Below, in pieces: positions 24,182 through 37,170 of a stretch of 64,000 nt of DNA. The notes beneath the pieces were generated by a model, which saw nothing but the letters and a program-made list of their open reading frames with translations, did no database searches and was not told the DNA's origin. A program made the position numbers and the translations under genes. Location: the NCBI GenBank assembly GCA_022813865.1, contig JALDZX010000074.1:1-64000 (forward strand), in the 5' to 3' direction. Numbering within the stretch: the first letter of the stretch is position 1; each line of letters starts with the position of its first letter. This DNA is from Xylographa opegraphella (taxonomy: Eukaryota).

Positions 24182-24709
24182 CTTGGGATAGGTGGGAACT
24201 AAGTGATGGCTGAATTGAGACCAAGAGATGGTAGTGAAATTGAGTTGGGGACGAAACGATACTTACTTTCACATGATGTGCTGTTGCGCCGGCGCGGGGA
24301 CATAATCCGCCGTTACTGACTGGCTCAATTGGGTTAAGTGCATGCCTCGAGGCTCTTTCGCGCTTTTTGATAGTCTCGAAATACAGCTGGCTATATAAGC
24401 TCAGTTGGACAACTTGGTGCCGGCAGAATATTTTTCGGTGAACCGATGTTCAGGAAGTGAGAGAAAGTAGGATTACGAATCAAGCAGTCGATGAACATAT
24501 CCTTGTAGAAATCGAGATATGGTATCAGCATGCTTGTCTTAGCTGCTGAATATATTCTTCTCGCGCTTTTACACTCTTCGGAGTATTAAGATACAATCTC
24601 GCTACTATATAGCTCAATTGGCCTGCTAGTGGTCCAGTGTGGATCCAAATGATATTAGTACCAATTCAGCAACCGCTTTGTGATGCAACTAATATTGAAC
24701 AACTGGTAA

Positions 24710-25442
24710 TCATCCTGGTTTTTGGATTGCCCTTATAGCCTCAGATAATGCTTTGATTTTCTCATCATACCGTGCCAATGCCTCTCTGCGCTCTGCCTTC
24801 AGAGCCGCCATCTTTTGCCGCAACCCATGACAAAGTACATCCGGCTCTTCCAACGAGGACAAGGAGCGAGATACGGATGACCTCGAAGACGACAGTACAG
24901 GGGATCCCGTATACTCAAGATCGCCCACATGTGAAGTCATATCGGAAGCCGGACTCGTTATAGTTGGATGTAGCCTTTTCACATGCTCCAGCATGTTCCA
25001 CTGCCGCCGAAATCCTCTCTTGCTTCGCTTACACACTGCAACTGGACACGGGTATAAACCTAAGCAGTCCGGTTGCCCATTCACGTCCTTGCCATGTACT
25101 TCTCGGCGATGACGGAGCATATCTGCCCTGCTGGAGAACAGTCGCTCCCGGCAGTCCGTCTCCGCACAGAAGTATGAAACTGTAGACTCGCAAGTACAAT
25201 GTCTGTCAAACTTTAGTTCTTGCAGAGATAAAGAGAAACACGACCTACGACTCGTTTTCCCTGCGGGGTTTTCCTCTGCACTTCATACATCGTCGGTCGT
25301 CTATTAATCTTGCACTTCGGGTAGAAATAGTTGTTGCTCGCCGTTCGGAAATTTCCAATTCTGCAGAGATTTCGGACTTGTTCCCTGTACTAGTGAAGTC
25401 TTCATCTCGCTCACTGTGGAAACTGCCGTGAACAAGAGGCAA
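24710..25442 (-). CDS. C2H2 zinc-finger protein with C-terminal coiled coil (paralogue A); 5' end unresolved
   Basis: An intron near 25204-25249 joins CMKCRG..ES|HCTC to YFCAETDC..RHRREVH and YPCPVAVCKRSKRGFRRQWNMLEHVKRLH; heptad-like C-terminus. Confidence 0.75.
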
Positions 25443-26972
25443 AAGTTAGAGGCTTTCCAGAAGATGCATCTGGAGAATAATTTACATGGAGATTGGCGAC
25501 GGGGTGCTGATCGAGTCAAAAGCACTATGGGACTCAGTCGTGGCGACATCTAACGCAGCATCAGCGAAAGCTTTCTAATCAGGACGTCTACTTTAAAAAC
25601 TTCCATGACGCACCCAAAGAAGGAAATGTCCATATCATTTCATCAAGTGGTTGTGGTTCATCTTGGGTCCAAGCGCCAAACCCTGGTAAGCAGCTTCTGA
25701 GCTCATCGCAAGAGAGTAAACCAGACGCTACGATTATGTCAAACAAAATCACAAAAGACAGTATATACAGTTCTAATGAGGTGTTTACCATCCTGCACGT
25801 AGCTGAACTCGTCAGAATACTCGGAAAGCTCATAATTTCCTACAAGAGTAAAGGGTCAATAAAGCCAATATCCTCTCCCTAATTTGGCATCTATCAGAGT
25901 CTCGAGGTTTTACCTTCTAGCGGCCATCGCTGTATATTCCAGGACTCCATTGTAAGTTAAGTAATTGTGTACCAGATGTAGGTGGTGTGGTTATTAGTAT
26001 ACGCAAGAAGCCTGTGGTGGAGGTTGCCTTCCTACAAGAGCCTCAGGACTTCGGCACCCCCATGAGGTTCCGTCCAAGCCACACATTAGGGGCAGGCGAA
26101 GTCAGGCAGTGTACATATTTGGAAACTAGGCGAAGTCATATTCTACGTGGGATTGGTTCCAGATGAGGCATGACAAAGGCTATGAGGTCATACAACATGC
26201 AAAGAACGAATAAGAGAATGAAGTACCCGATGAATGCATAAGGTATTGACTGCCACGCAGCGACGGACCGTTGAAGCAGTACCGCCACGATCCGACCCAC
26301 GAGAACCTGGTCGATTGACCAGAGTCAGAACCTCTTTCGGCCGGGTCTACTCCAGTTGTAGCAAGACGGCTGAAATGTCGATCCAGTGTCTCAGTGGGAC
26401 AAGGCTGAGACTCTCATAGTGATCTAAGGCTGGACCGTATGCAGCGGCCTCACTCGTCAGTCAGCAGGTCGAGTCCCACTGCTTCAGCCTATAGAGAGAC
26501 ACATGATCCTTCAGCCCACATACTCCTGTATCTAGCGAAAATAAGCACGGCTTCTGTATCGTTCTGCATACATCTCAGCGGGCTGCTAAATTGAAAGTCT
26601 ACCTCGCCTAAGGGCAGTATGTTAAAAAGGCAGCACTTCTCATCCCGATTGATATTAGTATAATTGAGATCTCAGTTGACGTCTATGGAATCCATGCAGA
26701 AGTTCAATTAGGAAATGCATGGAGCGCGGAACGCGGAGCGCAGAGTACTATGCGATACTTCTACTGTACCAAAGCGACGCCCCTCTTATCAATTTTCGGA
26801 GGAGCATAGTCAGCTAATTTCTCACTTACATTCCGTGATCGCATGTAAGGGGAGCGGTATGTCAGACGCAATCTAAAGAAGTAAACGACCTGCATGCTAT
26901 GAGTATAGATCTTCTGGCACGACAACCCGCGCATCTGTAAGTCGTGAACCACTTTTGCGCGTCTTTCCTCAA

Positions 26973-27960
26973 TTAAGATCCAGCGTACGAGCTCAAGATC
27001 GCACTGGCTTCTCGAAGAGTTGTGAGTTCTCTCTCCATGTTCTCTACCACCAGCAATGCCTGGCGCTTCCTTTCTTCTAGTTCGAGAATTTGTTTCCGTA
27101 ACTTGTCTTCGTCATGGCGATTCTCACCGCGCGCGTCATGATCATATATAGACGTAGGGTGTAAGGTCGTGTGATGGTCTGGTATGGCTGATCTCAAGGG
27201 GTTGGGTGCTATACGATCTTGATAGTGATAGCCGGCCTCTCGGTCTTGATAGTGATAGCGAGCCTCTTGGCCTGTCGAGTGGGATGAGGCATTTGCAAAT
27301 TCAGTATCCGGGGGTGGAATAGAGTTGAATCCGGTATCATCACGTATATGAGACATGTTGCCAGGACTGAGAAACGAATAATCGAAAGTCCCCAGATCTT
27401 GTTGACTGGGATTTGCTACTGAATTCGACATTGCGCTTTCGAAACTTTCGCCGTCCACCGGAAACTGATCCAATGCCGAGCTCGATTCTCGCACTCCAGG
27501 ATGCATTTTCCTGACGTGCTCCTCCATATTAGCTTTGCGAGCAAAGCCCCGTGAGCTACGTTTGCAGCCAGGGACCGGGCAAAAGAATGATGGCACAGGT
27601 TCGCCCTTCTTCCCTTTCTGGTGCAATTCCCGGACATGACGCTCAAGGTCGTCCTTGGAACCACTTTTGTGCATACATTCCGGACAAGGAAACTTTCCGG
27701 TTTCCTTTGCAATATGACGGCTGAGCCACACTTAGCAAGACGACTACTGCTTGAAATGTAATGAACACCTTAACCGAGCCTTCGTATCGTAGGTGAGGGT
27801 ACACCCGCATTTCCATTCGAGCCCGTTCCCACGTGGCAATTCAAAATGTTCAGAGACTCTACGAGATGTATGGTTCACATTGTGCTCGACCTGTCGAGAT
27901 TGCACGAAGGAGGACGTGGTGAGTTCAGCAGCATCGCTAACAGAGTTGCTATACCACAAA
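26973..27960 (-). CDS. C2H2 zinc-finger protein with C-terminal coiled coil (paralogue B); 5' end unresolved
   Basis: WKCGC..ARL|SRH (intron near 27721-27768), FPCPECMHK..RHVRELH, FFCPVPGCKRSSRGFARKANMEEHVRKMH; C-terminus LRKQILELEERKRQAL. Confidence 0.8.
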
Positions 27961-29115
27961 GAAGTTAACATTGCAATCATACAAGCGATATGTACAACAC
28001 GAATTGGGTGTGTGTTGTTCTCTTCCAATGATAAGTCAAGAGATTAACAGCACACATACAAATTGTTTAAGTTTGGGGGATCAGCCCCGAGAACTCCTCC
28101 TTGTCCACGGAAATTTGACGTTCGCGGACTAGATCCTCGCGCTGCTATTGCCGTCAGAGGTCCGAGATCTGAAATAAAAAGCTGTCAAAAGAATGTAAAA
28201 GAAGCCAAAGGCTTTGAGGAGGCAGATGCAGTTCGAAACTTGCTGAGATACAGTAAGAAAACCAGAATAAGGTACGCACCCATAACTTTAAGCGATATAG
28301 CGGCTACTGCAGGAGGCGCTAGGCTAAGGTTCGGATTGGGGCAGGAGCGCCCGTGATTCACATGAGAAACTGGGAGCTGACTGCTAGAGTATTACCTATG
28401 TATTGAGATTAATAATGGCCCACACAAGTGGCCTTATAGTTGAGGAAACGCGGTACTCTGTTTCCTGGTGGCAACATTGCCTTTGGCCCCTTTCGCCCAG
28501 TGAAGGCACCACCCTCCGCTTTCTGCCTTCCCAGAGCCTTGTCATCATTAAGTAAGAATCTGTACCTGATGAGGAGTTGGGAGCGATGCTATCAGCGGAA
28601 GGCTTTTACGATTGTCGGATACTCGCAACAGCATAACCTGATACTCTTTTGTGGCTTCACCATCAATACTGAACTTCACTTCTATCATAGATGCGAAGCG
28701 GTCCCCGCGCAAGGTTATCGTGAACTATTCGCTTACAGGCAGCTTGGCGAAAATGCGCCCATGTTCGCCTAGTTTACGCCCTGATTTGCCCATCAGGCAC
28801 CGATCTGACGTTCATCTTCCGCCTTTTCGACCGTCACGCCCAGGCAGTGCATGATGCATGGACTGGCTCCGGGATTCGACCGCGAAGAGTACAGCATGAT
28901 GGGCAAACGAATCGTATTATCTACCAATTGCGTTCTGAGTCCGTCGTCCTCGCCATTCATCCTACATTCACATCCTTTGTCGTCCACGTCCCCACTTCAT
29001 ACTGGCTACAGCCCCACCCCTCGCTGTCAGGCCTGCCCTCGCGGTGACCCATTCCGGGTATGCGGGTATTGTAGACCGTCACCACATATGCGGTCCTTAA
29101 CGCCATATGCACATA

Positions 29116-29403
29116 TCAAAGTCTGCTATTTCCCTTTCGCTCTAAAGCTTTTAGATTTCTAATATCCGCTTCATACCGCCGGACAGACTGTAGCGTTTGA
29201 CTTCTCTCCTTCTGTAACATATCCATTCTATGCTTGAGGTTCTGATGGGTAATAATATCTCGTTGCTTGCTGCTCAGGACTGAGAACAGTACACGGCCAT
29301 CGATATCTTGTAGCCGATTTTGACGAATGCTTGTCCCTGAGTTGGCTGGACTAAGGCGTAGAGTGCTAAATTGACGCTCGACACTGTCGTAAGCATTAGG
29401 CAT
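29116..29403 (-). CDS. Small coiled-coil ORF resembling the C-terminus of the neighbouring zinc-finger genes (possible relic or microprotein)
   Basis: LKHRMDMLQKERSQTLQSVRRYEADIRNLK aligns by eye with paralogues A and B; preceded by a canonical intron (GTAAGT..CTAAC..TAG, about 29404-29450). Confidence 0.45.
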   Translation of the reverse strand: MPNAYDSVERQFSTLRLSPANSGTSIRQNRLQDIDGRVLFSVLSSKQRDIITHQNLKHRMDMLQKERSQTLQSVRRYEADIRNLKALERKGNSRL

Positions 29404-30133
29404 CTATACCCAGTTAGTAACAATTTTCTTTATACAGATGCATGACTTACAATGGTGCCTTTGATGCTGAATGATCGATCGTCCCGCAGTAACAGCAATA
29501 CTAAGACCCTAAGAACAGCATACGAAGTGTAATACAGGACTGTTAGGAACACTGCTCGTTTCGGGCTCGAAAAGAGAAACCACGGAATGACACTCAGGTT
29601 CTTTCCTCTCCTCACTTATGAACATGCTCTCAGCTCCTAGGCTCAGTCGCTTGACTGAAGTGCCTGACTGAAAACTGAGTTGTCAGCAGCCGCCTCGGTA
29701 TGCAGCTAAAAGTGAAACCCATGCAAATTGCTTGCATGCCTCGATGCGGGTGACAAGGGTATGAAAACCTTGGAGCCGCCGTATTTCTCCCCTCCCATGT
29801 GACTATCCGTTGATTCGCCTTGGTGTTTGACAGGATCTGTTAACAGCCACTCAAACATACTGTGACCAGAGAAGTGTCATACAGTCAACCATAATGTTGG
29901 AGAAGTACTGCTGTTGTGCGGGATACTGATCACCGGTGCTCAATACCAAGTAAAGCTTCGTGACAGATTTGCGGTTACCTTTCCCGGTCACTTTTCTCCT
30001 GGCGTAGCCATATGGGCCCCCGGCCAATGTGAATGCACTTGAGAATTTGGAGTCTAGAGCAAGGCTGCCCAGAAAGCGAGCTTCGATGACCAGACTTTCG
30101 CCAATCACGTTGTATCAGCATAGTCCGTAGATC

Positions 30134-31039
30134 ATGAGCCGATTCTATGTGAGTACGGTCTCTTAATAGGTCCGTCACTGACCACCACTGACGATGGTCA
30201 AGTTTGGTGGCTCCGATACCTCGAATTCTGACGATGACACTCCATTGCCCTATCCAAAGCCTCTTGCGCGATCGGCCTTCCTCACTCCGGACTTCTCTCC
30301 GACAGGCTTCCTTTCGTCCCTTCATAACCGCCATCAGACTCTTGAGGATCTCCGGTCGGAGCTTCGTACACGAAGCCAAGAGCTCAATAAGGAACTACTC
30401 GATCTGGTGAATGACAACTACCAGGATTTCTTGGGCCTGGGTGGTAGCCTACGAGGGGGAGAGGAGAAAGTTGAAGAGGTCAGGGTGGGACTACTGGGCT
30501 TCAAGCGTGAGGTAGACACGCTGAAAGATAAGGTCGAAGGCAGGCGGAAAGAAGTGGAAGGTCTACTTGAGGAAAGGAGAGCGATCGCTAAGGAGGTGAG
30601 GACTGGGAGAGAGCTACTCGAGATCGACTCGCGACTAGAGGATCTGGAGGAGCGGCTGATGGTAGGATCCAATGGCGCTGTGAACCCAGCGGTCAACGGA
30701 GACGAAGACGACTTTAGCACTAGCGAGAGCGACGACGAGAGCGACGAAGATACTCCAGGAACCACCATTCCATTATCACGGCTTCGACGCCGTGCACAGC
30801 AATTTCTCTACATAAAGCGGCTGTTTGCTAAGACAGGTCCGGAACATCCATTCTTGATCAAGCAGGAGGAGAGAATGATGAGGATCCGCCAGACAATATT
30901 GCTGGATCTCAGCTCTGCGTTGCTCCAAGCAGTTGGACAGGATGACTTCAGCAGTAAAAGAACACTAAATATACTGGGTATATATAGAGACATTGGGGAA
31001 TCAGGGGAGGCTCTGACAGCAATACGAGAGCGACGATAA
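30134..31039 (+). CDS. COG2: Conserved oligomeric Golgi complex subunit 2
   Basis: Mini-exon MSRFY, intron 30149-30202; LPYPKPLARSAF, RHQTLEDLRSELR, LLDLVNDNYQDFL. Confidence 0.88.
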
Positions 31040-31219
31040 TAGTACTTATGACAATGAAGCCTGGGTGAGACGCCCAAATAGGGAACTGACGGTGCTTTGC
31101 GAATTTGAGCGGCAAAGACTATCGGTAGCATCTCTTTCCCAATATCACAATGTTACAGGATCATGATGTCGCAGGACCACCAGTGTTCCGCTCAAGTCTT
31201 CCTTCGCAGACGACAAATA

Positions 31220-32224
31220 CTAAATTATGGCTAGCTCTCTCGTAGATACCGATGTAGGACTTTTGAAATCGCCATTCAGTGTGAAGCCAGGAGAATTTGT
31301 CGAGCTCAGCACCTGTATTGAGTCGTCAGTGAAATCTAACGAAGCAGAAAAACCAGAGCAACCTTACCACTTCGTGAATCTCCTTGTTGATCTTCTCGCT
31401 CAGCAGCGCTATATCCTTCTTCAGTCCTCCCATAAATTCCTTGATGTTTTGTTGCATTTGCTCAGGCGTAAAACCTAGCTGACCCACAGCCATTCTCACT
31501 ACTCCAAGTCGTTCCCGATACTCGCTTCCTCCAACCATGTTCCGTACAGTGGTAGCTACATCCTTCACCACCGTACCAGTTTTGGTACTTGGCATCAATC
31601 CTTTTGGACCCAATATCCGACCTAAGTTGGCTTTGCTAAGCTTCGGCAAACTATCTGCGTGACATATACATCGTTTGAACTCTATCCGACCTTCCTTCAC
31701 CGCGTCGAACACTGTTTCCTCCCCAACTAGCGAAGCACCTGCCCTGATCGCCGCTGCAGCTATTTGGGAGCCAGGTGGGCAAATGACACAGATCCGCTGC
31801 GAGGTGTCGACAGGATTGGACAAGCGTAAGCGGTTGCGCACGACTGGCCCATTTTTGAGAGATTTTAGGGAGACATGTAGCTCGTATTTGGAACTGGTTG
31901 GCTGCCGGCCAACTTCGAATGCGCGGATGTACCTATAGTGAAGTTAGAGAATGTTGTTCAGCCAACCATGAGCACATACCGCATGGCATCACATAGAGAG
32001 AACTGCATTGCATTCTTGAGATCATCTCTCTTGAAATCCGTTCGGACCTTTGTCTTTTTGGTAGGTGCGTCCCTTGTCTTTGAGTTCTTCGAGTTCTTCA
32101 GGCTTTTGGACAGGCCCGACGCTCGGCGGATTGTGGTAAGAGGGGCCAGGAAAGGAAGCACTTGAGACCTGTATGCGCAAGGTTTGCCTATTTGGACTAC
32201 GCCATGGGATGGAATCGTCAGCAT
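31220..32224 (-). CDS. MRPL1: Mitochondrial ribosomal protein uL1m
   Basis: QFSLCDAMRYIRAFEVG, LGRILGPKGLMPS, EVVLSSTNSPGF; two introns. Confidence 0.92.
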
Positions 32225-32455
32225 CTTGCACGACTGGAGTCCTGATGCCAGTGCCGTGGTTCGTCTCTGAAGGGGCGTATTGCATGCGCGGGCGAGCTGC
32301 GGCTCTGCTAACTTTACAGTACTAAGTTAGCATTATACCACCTAAACTCAATATAGTTAGGCCAACCGAATATTGTTAACCGATCCCAAGCCCTAGTTTT
32401 CCGAAGTAATAAGTAAGCGTACCTTCTATCTTTCGACTTCACAAGAAATAGAACG

Positions 32456-34724
32456 ATGGCAACCCTTCATGTTGCATCCAAAGCAAACCAGGCTACTTCG
32501 ATTCCTGCGTTACTAGTCGTCACTCTGGCGAACAATAAAGATCCCAATGCCTCCATTACCATCGATTTTCAGGACGCCGAGACACTTACTTCTGGTAGTA
32601 AAGAAGCAGTAGAATTTGTTCCCAAATCTGGAACTTCCATTCAAGGCTCAGAAAATGTGCTCTCATATCTGGCCAATATCTATTCGCGTGTACCAGCTGA
32701 TCCTTCTCCGGAACGAAAAGAGAGAGAAAAGCACGTACGTCTTTCTTTGCATGACTTGTTCTTGCTACTCACATTTACAGATCCATGAATGGCTAGGCCG
32801 AACTACCAGCTTTCATGCTGTAGATTTTAAGTCTATCGAAGGTCCTATGCAAGAAGTGGATGCGCATTTGACCCTCCGTTCATACCTAGTGGGCTATACC
32901 GCTACAATGGCTGACTTCTCCATCTGGGGTGCTATTCGAGGAAATCGGGTGGCTTATGCCGCTATCAAGAAAGGCAGTATGATTAATTTGTACCGATGGT
33001 TTCGATTCATTGAAGAAGCAAATCCATGGGTACCGGCTGCAGTTCTATCATTAAATCAAGCAGCACACGAGAAGAGAGCTGCCAAAAGTAAAGAGGGAGC
33101 AAGCTACGATATTGCTTTACCAGATACCGAAAAGGGAGTTGTTACTAGATTTCCTCCTGAGCCTTCGTGAGTAGTTTTCATATTGTAAGCCTTACAAGCA
33201 CCTACTCACATGGGAAGGGGCTACCTACATATTGGACACGCAAAAGCAGCTCTCCTAAATGATTACTTTGCGCATGAAGCTTACAAAGGAACGTTTATAT
33301 GTCGCTTCGATGACACCAATCCCTCCAAGGAGAAAGAAGAATTCCAGGATGCTATTGTTGAGGACTTAGCCATGATGGGAATTGTTCCCGATAAGACAAG
33401 TTATTCCAGTGACTATTTTCAGAATATGTACGATCATTGCCTCCACATAATCAAGATCGGCAAAGCCTATGCCGATGACACTGAGCAGATGACTATGAGA
33501 GACGAGCGTATGAATGGTATTGCCAGCAAACGCCGTGACGAGAGTGTGGAGCAGAATCTTGCTCGTTTCGAAGAGATGAAGAAGGGCAATGAAGAGGGTA
33601 TTAGATGGTGTATTCGGGCAAAGATGTCTGTCGATAATCCGAACAAAGCTATGCGTGATCCTGTAATATACCGATGCAACTTAACGCCACACCACCGCAC
33701 TGGCTCAACCTGGAAGATCTATCCAACATACGATTTCTGTGTTCCAATCCTGGACTCTCTAGAAGGCATTACTCATGCTCTTCGAACGATTGAGTATCGG
33801 GACCGCAATCCACAATACGAGTGGTTTCAAGAAACCCTCAACATAAGAAAGGTTCACATTTGGGACTTTGCACGAATGAACTTTGTTCGTACCCTCCTGT
33901 CCAAACGCAAGCTCACCAAATTTGTCGACCAGGGCCTCGTGACGGGATGGGATGACCCTCGATTCCCCACCATTCGTGGCATTCGCCGTCGGGGCATGAC
34001 TGTTGGTGCTTTGCGTGAGTACATTCTCAAGCAAGGCCCCAGCCGCAATATTGTTAATCTGGACTGGACTCTCTTCTGGGCGACTAACAAGAAATACATT
34101 GATCCTGTCGCCCCACGTCATACCGCCATCGCACAGGCTCATGCCGTTACTGCGACTGTCAAGGGTGCCCGCACCGCAGCCTATACCGAAGATAAACCTA
34201 AGCACGGCAAGAATCCGGACCTTGGCACCAAGAAAGTGGCCTATGCGCCCAATATTCTGATCGAGCAAGAGGATGCCCAATCATTTGCACAAGATGAGGA
34301 GATCACCTTGATGAATTGGGGTAATGCAATCGTACGCAAAATTTCCCATTCGATAAATCCGCTTGCTCTCTCTACCGTCACGGGTCTGGAACTGGACCTC
34401 AATCTCACTGGCGATGTCAAGACCACTTCCAAGAAGGTTACCTGGCTCGCTACTGAAGGTCAGGAGCTCATCCCGGTTGACATGGTAGACTTCGATTTCT
34501 TGATTACCAAGGATAAGATCGAGGAGGATGAGAACTACGAAGATTTCTTGACGCCTAAGACAGAGTTTCACACAGCAGGGTGGGCGGACGGGAACGTAGC
34601 GAACTTGAAGATGGACGATGTGATACAGTTTGAGCGTAAAGGGTACTTCCGAGTAGACAAGGCATTCCAGCACGGCGAGCCAGCCGTTTTGTTTGCAATT
34701 CCGACAGGAAAAGGGGGTCGATAG
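32456..34724 (+). CDS. GUS1: Cytoplasmic glutamyl-tRNA synthetase
   Basis: GST-like N-domain; TRFPPEPS|GYLHIGH, RFDDTNP, LLSKRKL, QFERKGYF; introns 32735-32780 and 33167-33217. Confidence 0.97.
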
Positions 34725-35980
34725 ACCACTGGTCAATATACATGGAGCAGTAATCAAGGCTGATCGTCTTATGCGAGCTCAAGAGCATCAGTCAAACTGG
34801 TTTGACATTGTTCCATAACAGGCATGACTTAACAAGCCATACTTTGACGCTCTCACATCAAATATTTCTTGCAGCACCCGCGATTTGTCAAAAAGCGTGT
34901 TGGTTAAAGTATTTGATAGTCACCTCAACAGATTATCCGTGGCGTGATGACACCTTGATTAGTGCAAACAGTCTTTCACGTCGAGTCCTAAGAACGGCTC
35001 CAAGATAGGTATATACATGTAATTACATTCGGTTCGGAAGCGTTATGTTTATCCTCAGACCTTTCGGCCATGGAGATATTTGCCCCGCCTCAAAACATGC
35101 TGTTAACGGTGGATTATCTACACGAGATCTACCCCTCAAAATAGATAGGGTGTCATGAGCTGAACGACTCGGTGACTGGCGGAGCTTGAGTTGACGGGAA
35201 ACATTGATTGGTGACTACCAGAGATGGTTGGCGGCTTCCCTGGTTGCCATTTCAAACACCTGTTACATCAGTTTTTGAAGTAATTGAGTCTCAACGACGG
35301 CACCTAGTGAACGTATGAGAGTAGGGAGAGTATCCTCCGTAAATAGCCTAAAAAAAACAATCACACTTTGAACTTGTAAATAAAGAATGATCCAGATTTC
35401 CAGCATCCAAGATCACATCTGTCGGGTACAGATGTAGCAGAATAATGGTTCGATGCGCAAATAATGTTGTGATTGTAAAACAATAAGTTAGTAGTCTTAC
35501 CCCAGGGCAAGGGAGCAGTTAGTCCAACGCTGTTTAGTTGATAGTCAATTATGGTATCTGATAATCCTTAGCATAAGATAGAAGCTCTTTGTGGTAGCCG
35601 TTGATTGTCTGGACTTTCTTGTAGCAGAGGACTTTGCGTGGGTATCCATAGATATGCCTCTTTGGACATTCTCGTTGTTGCACAATTTATATCTCACCAT
35701 GACGTCATTCCAATTTGCAAGCCTTTGGGGTTTTGCATACCAACCATGGCATAAAATATTCTATGCGCTGTTAGAGTCTGAGATGCTCGAAGCAAGTCGC
35801 TGACATTCAAGTCATGAAGCAGCTTAAATAGCCGTTGGGTGATTCTCGATGGCGGCGACAATGGCGCGATATCTGCGGAGCTCAAAGTACTTCGTAGTGC
35901 AATTGGAGATAACTAGTCAGCAGAATCATTCCGCATTTTGAGGTCATCCACATCCACAACAGTCTGATTCCTCTTTTCAA

Positions 35981-37170
35981 ATGTCTCTTGACAACGTGAA
36001 AAACATAGTCCTCGTACAGATAATTCTCTTCCGTGTACAGCATCATTGATCACTAACGCTAGACAGGTTCTCTCTGGCAAGGGCGGCGTCGGCAAGTCTT
36101 CAATCACTACCCAACTTGCTCTATCGTTGTCCCTAGCCGGTCACTCTGTGGGTATACTTGATATCGATCTTACTGGCCCCTCTATTCCGCGCCTCTTGGG
36201 CATCGAAGCCTCCAAAGTCAAGCAAGCTCCTGGCGGTTGGCTCCCTGTGGAGGTACACCCATCTCAAATCTTACCGCCAGCTCCGCCGACAACTTACCCT
36301 TCCCCGATATCTGGCACAGCTACAAACGGTGCCGACTCGAAAGTGCAACCGAGCGACGCTGTCCCGTCGACCAATGGTCATGCCGACCACAACCCCACAC
36401 AGGTCGGCTCCCTACACGCCATGTCCCTCGCCTTCCTACTCGCATCTCGCTCTTCCGCCATCGTTTGGCGCGGCCCCAAGAAAACAGCGATGGTGCGCCA
36501 ATTCCTGAGCTCCGTTCTCTGGGGCCCTACCGACTACCTCCTCATCGACACCCCTCCCGGGACATCAGACGAGCACATTTCTCTCGTCGAGACGCTACTG
36601 AAAGATGTGGCTGCACCAATCTCTTCCACCAAAAACGGCGACTCGCCTAGACCGCAACTTGCCGGAGCTGTCATCGTTACCACCCCACAAGCAGTGGCTA
36701 TTAGCGACGTTCGGAAGGAGCTGAACTTTTGTGGCAAAACGGGCGTCAAGGTCCTGGGCGTGGTGGAGAACATGAGCGGGTATGTGTGCGAGTGCTGTGG
36801 TGTGGCGACGAATTTGTTCAGCAAAGGGGGAGGGGAGGTGATGGCAAGAGAATTTGGGGTAGGCTTCCTTGGAGGCGTGCCGTTGGACAGCCAATGGGGT
36901 ACGTTGGTGGAGGAGGGAGCTAGGCCGAAGTACGGAGGCGTTGTCAAAGATGGTACTGGAGAGGATACGGATGCTAGTGTGGCAGACGAAGAACAGGATG
37001 GTGATGCAGAGGCTGAATTGAGCACGGAGAAGAGAGCAAGGGAGGAAGGCTTGCTGGTCGACAAGTACCGGAGCTGCTCGCTCTGTCCAGTTTTTGAGGG
37101 TATTGCGAAGCAGGTCGTGGATACCGTTCAGGCCGGCACTGCTGTGAGCGTGGGACCAACGCTGTCCTAG
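35981..37170 (+). CDS. CFD1: Cytosolic Fe-S cluster assembly P-loop NTPase Cfd1 (NUBP2)
   Basis: [22 protein letters not shown] (intron 36014-36066), [28 protein letters not shown]; lacks the Nbp35 N-terminal Cys motif. Confidence 0.93.
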
